Translations under genes and position numbers: made by a program | The notes under the pieces: generated by a model | Told to the model about the DNA's origin: nothing | The model's input: only the letters and a program-made list of their open reading frames with translations | Database searches by the model: none | NCBI RefSeq assembly: GCF_001194135.2 | Contig: NC_068984.1 | Coordinates: forward strand, 55,146,113-55,210,112 | Direction: 5' to 3' | DNA length: 64,000 nucleotides | Origin: Octopus bimaculoides | Lineage: Eukaryota | Shown here: piece by piece, positions 13,921 through 27,240 of the stretch | How the letters are laid out: each line of letters starts with the position of its first letter | Position numbering within the stretch: position 1 is the stretch's first letter

Positions 13921-14980
13921 ATGCTGATAACATCATAAGACTTGGAAAGCAGCTACTTGAGTATCATTCCTTGTCTCATAACATTAAATACATGCCCAAA
14001 GCAGTCGCACGACTATACCCCAGTATATCATCAGATGAAAGGACGGGCGTACATGAGCAGAAGGCCATGCATTGTTACGTTATTAGAAAGCTCCGAGATG
14101 ATAGTAACCTTGATTGTCAAAGCTGTCTAACATGGATCAACCACCAGATTACTACCTTCCGCTTTGCGTTTGCAATCCAGGAATAGGAAAAAATCAACCA
14201 AAAACTTGATGCATAAATGGCACAGAGATGCAGAAAAAGAAGCAAAATGTGACAACTGAAGCAGACTTTGAGGACTTAACACCGAAGATATCACCCACAT
14301 CTTAAGCAGTTGTCCAAAAATGTCATCACTCTGTTATCTACCGATGAGACACGATATTGTAGCTAGGACACTGTATAAAGAGACTCGTCCGAAAAATAAC
14401 CCCAAGGACAAAGAAATAAGAACCCACAGTACTGTGGAAGCCATAGCCACTCATAATAAAAAGGACTAATAGTGGAATGTCTGAGTGAAAACCTCAATAA
14501 AATGTAAACACAATAGACCTAACATGATGATTTGGGATAGAGAAGAGAAACTGTACAGCTGTGGAAACAAGCTGCCCAGTGGATGTTATCATAAAGCTAA
14601 GGATCAGCGAAAAAGAGAATAGCTACGCTGAACTATTGACAAATTTGCAATTACTCTATCCAGATTACAAGTTCAGGTTTATACCTGTAATTATTGGGGT
14701 ACTAAGATATGTAACATACTGCCTAAATACCAATCTTGAGAAATTAGGCTTTTGAATAAAGAAACAGAGAGGAGAAATTTGATTCGAAGACTATAGATCC
14801 AGTCCAGCACTGGAACTACAAAAATCAGTAAAACTGAGCATGTCTAGATATACAACTATATGCATGAGAATACATACACGACACAAAACATACAAATCTA
14901 CACATATACATACATACATACATACAAATATACCCTGTTGATGTTGAAATTCCAATGAAGGAGCCTTGGATCTAGGTTAT
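13921..14980 (+). mobile_element. 5'-truncated, decayed non-LTR retrotransposon of R4/Dong type (restriction-like endonuclease), 3' region
   Basis: Translates with stops and frameshifts to EDITHILSSCPKMSSLCYLPMRHDIVARTLY (CCHC knuckle plus RHD), KHNRPNMMIWDREEKL and ETSCPVDVIIKLRISEKENSYAELL (PD..D/E..K endonuclease). Clearly homologous to 35581-36956. Confidence 0.85.
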
Positions 14981-14981
14981 A

Positions 14982-15172
14982 TAAGGTATCCACGAAGTCT
15001 TTAGACAATTTCAAAATGTGATTACGAAAATCTTAGAAGGGGTGGCAACTGAATTTTTGTTGCATAATATTTTTTAATCATAGTAGTACTTTTATTAGTA
15101 TTGCGTTAACCAGTTTGCGTTGTAATTTTAATAGATATTTCTAGTTGTCTAATGACTTTTCAAGACACCCTA
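14982..15172. mobile_element. Tc1/mariner-type MITE of about 190 bp
   Basis: Left end taaggtatccacgaagtctttagacaatt versus reverse complement of the right end tagggtgtcttgaaaagtcattagacaact; both ends abut TA. Confidence 0.6.
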
Positions 15173-15254
15173 TATATATATATATATATATATATACACC
15201 CACCGTAAGGGGTGCTGACCTCTGACCTCGCTTTAAGGGCATCGCAGTACTTAC

Positions 15255-15600
15255 ATTTTTGAAGCCTGGTAGTAATTCTATCAAACTCTTACCGAACCGC
15301 TGTTTCTCACGGATGTATACAAACCAACAAGTGCTCGTAGGGGACAAACACAGACACAAACATACATCATTCAAATACAGACACATAGACACACGGGTGC
15401 ACTCAAACACACACACACGCAGACACACATACACACACATGTGCATACACACACAATATTTAAGGTTCCACCTGCCAATTCCCTCAAATTAGTTTGGTCG
15501 GCCGAGGCTATAACAGAAGACACCTGTCCAAGATACCACACAGTGGAACTGAACCCGAAACTGTATGGTTGTGAATAGAACTTCTTTACCTCACTGCAAC
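15255..15600 (-). mobile_element. CORE-like tRNA-derived SINE with internal (CA)n tract
   Basis: ggccgaggctataacagaagacacctgtccaagataccacacagtggaactgaacccg is the reverse complement of the family head; the 3' half (accgaaccgctg...gggacaaacacagacac) lies to the left. Confidence 0.8.
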
Positions 15601-16379
15601 AGCTATGACAGAAAAGAACTAACGATGAATCCAATGACAAGTGAGATAAAGCAATAAAGTGACATAGATTCGTTTTCTCGCACCTGAAGGAATCCACTGC
15701 TATTTATACTTGGGACAAGAGAACTAGATTCATAATTTGATTTTCTCAAGCTGTCACCAAAAGTCCCTAAACCATGTGATTAGCTGAGAACCAGTCAATC
15801 AGCTGTTGAAAGCAAGCTCAGTCGGATAGCTTTGTATCGGAGATTATGGTGATTTAGCGACATCACAGCGGGACGCAGTTCAGTTGTCTGACCAGTCATT
15901 CAAAGCAATGACATCATTATAATCGAATACACGGCATAATTCTATAAAAAACAGTTTGCAACACAAACAGTCAAACACATATTTATGCCTGCATGCCTGC
16001 ATAATACTCTGTGTGTGTGTGTGTGCGTTCGCGCGCGTGCAGTGTAGTGTAGTGTAGTGTACAGTTCCGTGATGATAAGATCAACAAACAAGTACTCCGT
16101 CTTGTGAGAAATAAATATTACTTAATAAATATATGTTTTTATATGCTACTATTGGTTTCATGCGATGAAACCAATAGCAATTTTAACCAGTCTGGCCCAA
16201 TTTTCTCATTTTTTTCTGTGATCCCATCGTCCTCTTTTTAGCTTGTTATACCAAGTGGCGATCGTTTGAGCATTGCGCTGGGGTAGCAGACATGTTAAAA
16301 AATACTGTCTAGTATGCTCTCATCGTATGATACTAATAGTAGTACATAAAAAACATATATTGTGCTTGTTAGATAATAT

Positions 16380-17730
<1,351 letters not shown>

Positions 17731-20232
17731 GTGTGAGTCGTTTGATACAAATTTTGCTTCATTGAAATTTCTGAAGATTAACAACAGATAATTTTTAGCA
17801 GACATTTTATGCAATACTGACAGCAATATCTGCAAAATTTATTTAAAAAAAAACATTATGTATGAGTTATAAATGAAAATAATTTAATTAAAAATAAGTT
17901 TTTATGATGTTTGAATCTTCAATATCATTTGAATATCTAAAGCTAATCATATTTTAATTAAATATAATTAATGAGATTGCAATAGTCATTAAATCTGCAC
18001 GCCGTTTCATTTATATTTCTGACAAAATTAAGCGCAAATAAAAATCTTAAACCTTTCACACGTATAGAATATTGATTTCATATATAGACAGAGAGCCTAT
18101 GGTTTGTTGGAGAAAGACATTAGATGATGTAGCTTTCATAGTTTCTCAAGACTAATAACAAAATTAGGGAACTGGTTTTCTGAGAACCAACAGCTGCAAC
18201 CAGAATTAGTCAAAGGAGCTTCATTGTTCACCCTCAAATCTAGCTTCATCTCTTTTAATTTATATCTAACCTTCTAACGAAATGTCACTATGGCTAAAAG
18301 AATAGATGAGATGATCATGAAAGCAATTTTTTTTTTATTTAAATGACTCATATGGTGGTAAACAGCAACAGCAACAACCAGAATTTTACTTTCTGTACCT
18401 CTGTAGTCTCCACTAAAACTTGCGGGTGTACAGAAATTCATTAAATTGAGGTGACACGGTAAGATATCTAAGATTCATAACTAAGATTCATACTGCACCC
18501 CATACTATTGATCACTACTAGGTGGAGAGTGTAATATGTTTTCAAACATGCAGAGGCATTTTTCAATTGGAAACATAGATCTGTCTGCCACACATGTCTA
18601 TTTGTCATCGTTCAGCCGATCGCTTTTGCGCACGGGTGAACTTGAGGGTCAGTCAAAAACAAACATCACATAAGAAATAGATGAGATTAATTACATTAAA
18701 GCGTACACAAAATATGTCGAATGATTTTCAACATATTCACCTTAAGTCGTCAATATTTTCCAAATAAAACTCTGAAACTTCTATTTAGAAGGAATCTTGT
18801 TTTTCTATCTCAATTTTTAACGATGTCCATAGTAAAGTAAAAAGAATTAAACAAAAAATCACTCCCAGAAATTCCTTCGATTTCCTACCTTTGGTCGAGG
18901 CTATTTACCACAGACATTTCTTTTTAACTGCTTTTATAATTGGTTCTCAACTACTTCAATTAAAACTGGGTTCTATTCAAACAAATCAGTATATGTTGAC
19001 AATAATATTAGAAATTTCTTTGTCTGATATTTATATATTTTCCTTGTTGAAAAAATTTGAAATTTGTGTGTAGATTTTACTGTACGAAATTAGCTTTTAA
19101 CCAACTTACCCTTTCGTCAGATAGTTGTATTACTTGCGTCTCCATAATCATATGTATTTACAAATGTGTTACCACTAGAACGTATTTTTATATTAGACAA
19201 CAAAACCCAGTGCTTTTATGAGAAAAATATGGACTCAGCTCTGTAATCTAATGTAACATAAATCAGATCTGCAATATTGCCGGACCCTCAGCGGCATGAA
19301 TCAATTGACTTTGTGGAAACTAGTTGCTGCGAAACAGATTGAGATTTTTCAGTGCAAAACTTCTTTAGCATTAACAGAGAATTGCACCATTAACGGGCTA
19401 TAAAATACAAGATTACAGGAGTAATTTTTCCGTCGTACTATAATATAAGTCAGCCATAGTTCTCCCAATATTAGAACATTAACGAAATTCCAATAATATA
19501 GTTCCCAAAAAGTGAAACATGGCGTTTTACCTGGATTTGCGTATAAACGTCCGTTGAATGGATGCCTGAACATAATATAAGCTAACAAACAGAGACAAAT
19601 ACACTGAGAGTAAACACAAGATTTTTGTTAGATGAAAGTCCAAAATCATCAAAGGCTGATAATTCCCTTTGATACAGTTGTACAATCCACACTGCAGCAA
19701 AAAGTCGATATAACTAAAATAGTTTTGGCAATATTTAAACTTTCCGATGCAAGCTAACATATTTGCCAGCAGTTAAACGTCTACAATGATGCAATTTGAT
19801 AAGTTGTATTTCCTACCAATCTCTACTGGATAAGTACTGTCCCTGCCTTTGCTTGGGGTTGCATTCAATTTCACTAACAATATACGTAATCAAGAATATT
19901 TGATCAAGCAGACAACTCTTAACCACTCAACTATAATTGTTACTTTTGAAAACAACCCTCAAATAGCATCTTCCAAGATTTTCGGATGTCGTGGCTGCAA
20001 ATTTTTTGTTACTAAAGAAGTTTCTTTTGATCTACATTTTGTTTAAATGTAGGTAGCATAGAAAGTAAAAATAAAGATTGAATATAATGAATGCCACTTT
20101 ATTAGATACCAAATATAGAGTAAGCAATTTCTACAAAAGATGCAAAAGATGTGTGTTCTTACAAATGTAAATGTATACGTATGCATGTATGGGTGTATGC
20201 GTGTGTTCTCATTCCCTCTGTGCTTTTCTATT

Positions 20233-20258
20233 CTGATGAAGGACTACAGTCCGAAACG
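20233..20258 (+). ncRNA. Hammerhead-ribozyme-like relic of Penelope type
   Basis: ctgatga-a-ggac-taca-gtcc-gaaa-cg: canonical CUGAUGA and GAAA boxes around a perfect 4-bp helix II; helix III and the cleavage triplet are not intact. Confidence 0.45.
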
Positions 20259-23200
20259 CCTTTTTTTTGTTGATCATTCCATTTAGACATATTCATATAT
20301 ATGTATGTGAGTGTGTGTATGTATACGTAAAATGTTTGCGAGGAGCTGTACTAAAATGAGCACAGACACAAAACGAATGTCTGACCACTAACTATTCAGA
20401 CTTTGTGTTATCTGTAGTGTTATCTGTAATGAAACAGATAAGAGTACTGAGTAAAAGTAATTATTATTGGATGATGCATAAATACATTTACATTCACCAG
20501 TGGGGGTAACCTGTTATGATCTAGAGTTAGATGTTGTGCTAGATGATTGTTACGGTTTGTGCTGCTACTGAATATTTTTCAACGATTGTTGACTGAAAGC
20601 CAAACCTGGATCAATAGATAAGAGTAGTTTCATTTGCTTTCGTTAGAAATTCCAGTGGAAAATTTTGCAAATTTTTGTAACAGATCATTTAACTATGTCA
20701 TTAACCATAGCTTGAAATTAGGTATTGGAAAACTCTGTTGATGATTACACTACGAAAATTCAGACTTTAACCTTCTGTAATGTGGAGAACGATATTAGCT
20801 AAGCCCTCCAGTAGAATAGGGAGGAGTCTTTCGTATTATCCTTCTTCTGAAGTCGCCAGATAAAACGGAACATTGAGTTAGCAGTCAAGAGACTCTTAAT
20901 TTCAGACTTCTTAAGTTGATTTGGCAGATAATTTAGACAATTTAAATTAAAGCTCACTATTTTGGATTGATGCTACTAGCTTGAAACCACTGCCCTTTTC
21001 AAGAAACCAAATTGTGTTTTATATTATTTCTTTTATAAATACAGGAATAAAATAAAATGTTACAACATTTAAAAGAATATTAACAGAAAATTAGGCTGTT
21101 GATAAGAAGGCAAATTAACCACTTTTCCGATAGAATGATCACTAATATAAAAAAGACGAAACAACATAGTTCACATTTGTATTATTTTAAATATTTGTTC
21201 CTGAATATTTGTCATTGATATCATGTAAAAAGTGTGGCTAACTCGAAAAAGAAAAGAGATATTGACTAGAAAGAACTGAAATGATTGCAATCGAAAGAGA
21301 TTGGCAGTAAAGATAAAATGGATATCGACAAATAGAGAAGATGCAGCTGCAAATTCATAGCAATTGTAGAGTATCAACTTTTAAAATAAAGATTTACTTT
21401 AAAAAATTAGAAAAACATGAACACTGATGTGAAGTATCGATAATTTTCTTTCCACGTGGTAACGTGGCTGTGAGGCAGGAAAACAAAATAAACATATAGA
21501 CATGCATGTACTTAATAATGTAAGAATAGCATTAAATGCTCTATATAATAAAGATAGTAAGAATTTGGAGAAGATATTAACAGTGTGAGAGAAATATGTT
21601 ACCGAAGCTAAATATGTGATACAAGTACAGTGTTTTGGGTGGTATTTTAGTACTACTTCAAAGAGGTCTAACGACAATTTTGTGCTGGGTAGTATTTATA
21701 CGAAAGATTGATCGGTTGTAGATAGATGTTCTAGGTAAAAGTGTGCTCTATTGCTCTATCAGTGATGAACTGAGAAAAAACAACAATACCAACTAAAATT
21801 TGACAGTGGATACAAAAGAGTATTTAATTTGGTGGAGCTCATTTCCAAAATATCCAGAATTTTCACACGTTTATATCTATACTACTGAGTGACTACAGAA
21901 TATGATATAAGCATTAAAATTATGAACTAATTATGTAATTTATTAAAAAGTAAGATATCAAAAATTAATAGTTGATCTCTACTTGTGATATATTACTAGC
22001 GGAGTTTAGAATGCTATTTCATATATAACGATGTTATGGTTTGCTGCTTGAAAGTAAGCCAGCATATATTAATTATTAATAAAACACAACTGAGAAAAAC
22101 TCGAAAACCTGATTTTATGATTATCATATGTAAGGAAATATGATAAGTGTTGTGAATATTATTTGCTGTACTATTGCTTTCAAAGACGGGAATCATTTCA
22201 AAGCTAATAATAACCTGAAGTAATCGCTGATGGATTGAGTGAAACAACTTTATCCAAATTTTTTTGCGGTTAGAAGAGATACTTTATTTCTGATTTTGCA
22301 ATAAATGTTTGTATAAAATAAAGGTTTATAATAGTACGAGTTGATTAATCTAGATTGGAAATGAAGCTAATGTAAACTAAATAGCACTTGTTGAAAAATT
22401 GCTTCAGTAGCTAAATGTATGTTTCGAAGATTTAAATGGAGTTAAAGCAAGTTGAATGTCTAAATCATACGCATCAGATAATTGTTGTTAAGTGTAAGAT
22501 ATCACCACAGGGAAAATTGACATACGATTATAGCTGATAATTCCGAAACAATTTACCTCAAATGCAGGCGATAACACCCACAGAAATTTTTATGTTATAA
22601 GAAGTGCGTGCATTTAACGTACACTACCTGTAATTTTTAGTTAATTTCGGATTACTAACCTCACAAAATCCTTAATCAGATAATTTTATTGCGAGCAGCT
22701 CAATATGCATTGCGCAGTTACAAGAATTCACTATTAAGCTACAGTATAAATCCCTATCTGTATGCGGAGACACTATATTGATTTTGTTATTAATTACAGA
22801 GAAACAGTCGGATCAGAGAAAACTAGTGATGATTTGTGTTGGAAAGTAGTAAAGGCAAAATGTTCACACAGTGAAATAATTATGCTGCGAAGAGAGGGAG
22901 GAGAAAAGTTTTACTAATGCTGGCTGTCACATAAATTGGGAATAAGGTGAGTGAGAAAACATTATTATAACAGTAAAGAAAACGGAGAGGTGGTAAAATA
23001 AGGGATGCAGAAAGAAAGACACAAGGTAAACAAGGGGAAAGAGGCTTCACTAAAAATGGTAAAGGCTGGATGGAGGCCACCATCAAAACTAAAAGGAAAT
23101 TAAAAGAAACGCCCACTAATTTTTTTTAAATGTTGAGAAGACGAGACAAAAATAGGCAGTCACTATGCAAACATATACCCCATACGTACGTACTTATGCA

Positions 23201-25484
23201 GATGTCTTCACTGAAACCGATAAAGAGGTGTAATTAAGGCGTACAATATATGTGTGTGTGTGTGTGTGTATGTGTGTGTGTGTGTGTGCGTGCCTGTGTG
23301 TGTGCGTGTGTGCGTGTGTGCGTGCGGGTGTGTGTGTGTGTGTAAAACTAAGTAAAGTTAGCGGTTGGATTAACCGTCTGAGGGATAAGAATACCGGTCT
23401 AAATTACCTATGTTAACCCTGGGCATGCATATGCAAGCATACTATGCTCATAGGGTACAGGTAATAAAAAGATGAATATTATTCTCATAATTTTCTATGG
23501 CGGCACCGATGATAGAGTCAGCAGAAACGGCTGTTAGCAATGTTAAGTTTTGACGGTAGTCAATTTGGGTGTTGATCAAAAGTGTTCTACATTTTCTGGT
23601 TATTTTAAATTATATATATATATGTGACAATTAGTTGGTTGTCACATATTGTATTTATAGATACATTCCTCAATTTTACATGATATCTAGGTCTCATTCA
23701 TTCTTTTGTTGCAATATTATTATTATTAATATCCCACTGATTGAGTTTTCTGTATTTTTCTTTTCCCAGTTTGTTAAATATTTTGTTGATATGTGGTTTG
23801 TTACCCTTTCTTTAGTATCCCCTAAGCATTTTGTCCAGCGTGATGTTCTGAAATTAATCAGCAAGAACTTTTGCATATGGTACTCTACGAGTAAGTTTGG
23901 GATACTTAAATTCTCTGGAAATCTTCTTCTGCAATAGGGATAGGAATTTTCATCTATTTGGGTCACTAGACTGTGAGAAATAGTCTGTTTGTACATTTAT
24001 TGTTTTTCATAAAAGAGATCATGCGCCACCGAGGTTTTAGAAATGCTGAAAATCATTCCCCCTGTAAGTATTTGGAATAGCCGCAGTTATGATGGGTCTA
24101 TTTCATTGAAATGAATAACTTGTGAATCAGATCTAAAAGAGTGTATGTGGCAAGTCCTCTTTTTCGTGGCATTATTTGTGACAACATTTGTAATCAATTT
24201 TATTAAAAAACATTTGACCGTGAATGAAATTTGACCTCACATCACTAAATTTGCTTTCTTGTTTAAATTAATATCAGCTGATATGTCATTATCAGGAGCA
24301 TCTCCAATTAATCAAAAATTCTGTTAAAACTGCCACTTTGCTACTGATTCTAGAGAAGGACGAATTTATGCAGTGAGAAGGCATGTGAGGAAGAGAAAGG
24401 GAGAGAGATAGAAAATGAGATGAAGAGAATCTGAGAGTGAATAGAGTGTTGATAAAATGAGTATAAAATATAGAGAAATAAATAATGATGGAGAGGAGAG
24501 AAAGGAAACAGAATTCCTGGAACTACAGTGTGGATCCTGGAAGAGGGTAGAATAACGAAATAAAGAGCTTTAGTACGTTACCAGTGTGGTGGTAGTAGAG
24601 TAGCACCTGATAGTTAAATACAATGAGAGTTGAGAAAATGAACATACATACACAAGCTTTCTAAAGTATATGAGCAGATACGACCGAGCTGAGGGGTCGC
24701 TTACTTCGTCAGGTTATTTATCCTGGATACCCTAAAAAATGCACACACTCCATAAATCGGTAATGTGATGATCTGACAATCTCGTGCCATGTAAGCGGCT
24801 TAACCATGTATACGTTTTAGGTACTTTGAAAAAAGAAACGTTGATGTCCTTGAGATTTGAACTTAGATCGTAAAGAAGTTGAACAAATATCATTCAGCGT
24901 TCTTTTGCTGATACTCTTATGATCCTTCCAGTTGATACTCTTATGATCTTTCAAGCTTACTACTCTCACAAACGAGCAACAATGATGCTTATTGTTTTAT
25001 TCATATCATTGCGTTTTATTCCAAGTAACCTTATATCTATATGAAACCGTATTTTTGCATGCCTTTATTTTAGCTTTTACTTTATATGTTGATTTGAAGT
25101 TTCATTATTATTTGGTGTCTCATAAAATGAAGGTTTAAGTAGAGAATAACACGTGTGACTATTCTTCCATCACAAAAAATTGTAAAGTTATACTGACATA
25201 CAGTAGAACTGTAATCAAAATACCAATTAGCAAACAATCATTGGAATGCAAAGAGTAACAGTAGTCCTAGCCTAGAAGAGTCAGACATTGAAATAGGAAA
25301 GGTATGGGATGTATTAGGTTACAATGTAGAGAGGAAATATAGAAAGTTTTCAATGGCAGACTTGATTTTCTCATGTTTCAAAGGAAATTTTCTTACAAAA
25401 GAGAATTCATTTTTTTTTTTATATGTTTGATATTTAATATGCAAAAACATTAAAAACTAGTTCGTTTTTTAGCATTCACCTCGT

Positions 25485-25858
25485 AGCAGGAAAGGTTATG
25501 CGGTTAATAAGGTTGCATTGCAGGTATGGGATTTTGGATCCAGTCCCACAACGTAGGATGTTCTGTATAATAGCTGCGGGCTGATCAGTGCCTTGTGAGA
25601 AAATTCGGTTGACAGAAACTGTACGGGTAGCCGTTGTAAGTATATGTACATGTGTGTATCTTTGTATTTGTTCCCTTACTGCTTCGCAACCGGTGTTGGA
25701 TTTTTACGTCCCTCTAGCCTCGCGATTCGGGAAAGAGGCCGATAAAATAAGTACCAGATTTAAAAATCGGTATTGAAGTCGATATGGTCGACTAAACCCT
25801 TCAAAGCGGTTCCCCAACATAGCCGCAGCCAATGCCTGAAACAAGTAAAGGATTAATG
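25485..25858 (+). mobile_element. Diverged CORE-like tRNA-derived SINE
   Basis: Same order of blocks as the 48448 copy: head, gccttgtgag...agaaactg, TG tract, gataaaataagtacc, gactaaacccttcaaagcgg...gcctgaaacaagtaaagg. Confidence 0.75.
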
Positions 25859-26559
25859 ATAGCAAACCTCTGGGGACACTGATGGGTAAGAGTGGAAAAT
25901 AACATAATAATCTGCTTTATACTGGATACATAGTTATTATTTTTAACACCCGAAACTAGCTCAGTCCTTTGTGCCTGTAACTGACACTACATTTACAGCC
26001 TTTCAGTCAAACCGTTGAAAGTACCATTCAATGTTATATTTGTTGTAAGCAGTAAGAGATAAAATAATTCACACAATATTCTTAGCATGCATAAAGTGAA
26101 ATTTACTGCGTCCATGGATCTCGAATAACTAGGATGTAATCGCCCTAGTGTTTTCATTTCTTTTTTCTTTATGTTTTCAGTAGTGCTCCATCTCGCAGTC
26201 GAACTATAAAAATATGCATAAATAGCTGTAGCAAGAAGACATGTTTACACATGCAAACAAGCTTTAAACAATTGCGAATCAAATCAATAACACGACTATC
26301 TTAATTAGAACATAATAGACCGAATGAAACAATATCACGAAAAAATATAACAATAAAATTTTCCTCAATGTAACAGCCTGATATAAAACTGTTCAATATA
26401 ATATAAAATCAACAATACTGCTGCAATTTTTCTCAATTTATATAATACATGGTGCGAACAAAAGATTCATTTAAATCATGCCAAAATTAAACCTACATTA
26501 AATGATAAAGTTCATAAGGTATACAAAAATGTAGGCAAATATAAAAGCATTGATGCATT

Positions 26560-26893
26560 CGTATGTGTGTGTGTGTGCATGTGTGTGTGCGCGTGTGTGT
26601 ATGTGTGTGTTTGGTGCGTGCATGTGTATAATGGGGAGTGTATCTATGTGCGTGTGAGGGAATCTCTGTATAAGTGTCTGCAGAAACACAAATATAATAT
26701 TTGCAATAAGATAAATGTGTCTGTTGATCTATTTGTTTACTAGAGACTGAACAGGAATCATATCGATGCAACTTGCACGGGTGGGTGTATGCATGTCAGT
26801 GCGTGCATGTACATACGTAAAATGCAGATAAACTATGCACTTTGTAATAATTTTCATGGTGGACGCCGTTTATAGAATCGATCAATACGAAAC

Positions 26894-26944
<51 letters not shown>

Positions 26945-27106
26945 GGATGAGAAAAGTTCGATGGTGTAATATTTGGACCCTGTATACATTGACTAAGAAT
27001 GTTCTCATTCAACTTCAAATACACTCTTGAACTCTTCAACATTGACACGGGCTATTCTCCCACTCATATGGCAAAGCGGTTTTTGTTCAACACACACACC
27101 CACACA

Positions 27107-27166
<60 letters not shown>

Positions 27167-27240
27167 AACACACACACACGCACACACGCACGCACACACA
27201 GATACACACACATATGTATATATACGTATATGTATATAGT
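26560..27240. repeat. (TG)n, (AG)n and (CA)n microsatellites
   Basis: Directly visible. Confidence 0.95.

Noticed and set aside
15760-15960. Enhancer-like patch with CAGCTG and TGACATCA motifs
   Set aside because: Short motifs are expected by chance; no functional or conservation evidence is available from sequence alone.
18406-18457. Plus-strand segment with strong acceptor and gtaaga donor
   Set aside because: Stops in all three frames; illustrates how common pseudo-exons are here and why the other exon candidates are low confidence.
19349-21677. Hydrophobic minus-strand ORFs suggesting a membrane receptor
   Set aside because: Composition is what AT-rich DNA gives by default (F/L/I/Y-rich); frames are short, not joinable by good splice sites, and show no recognisable motif.
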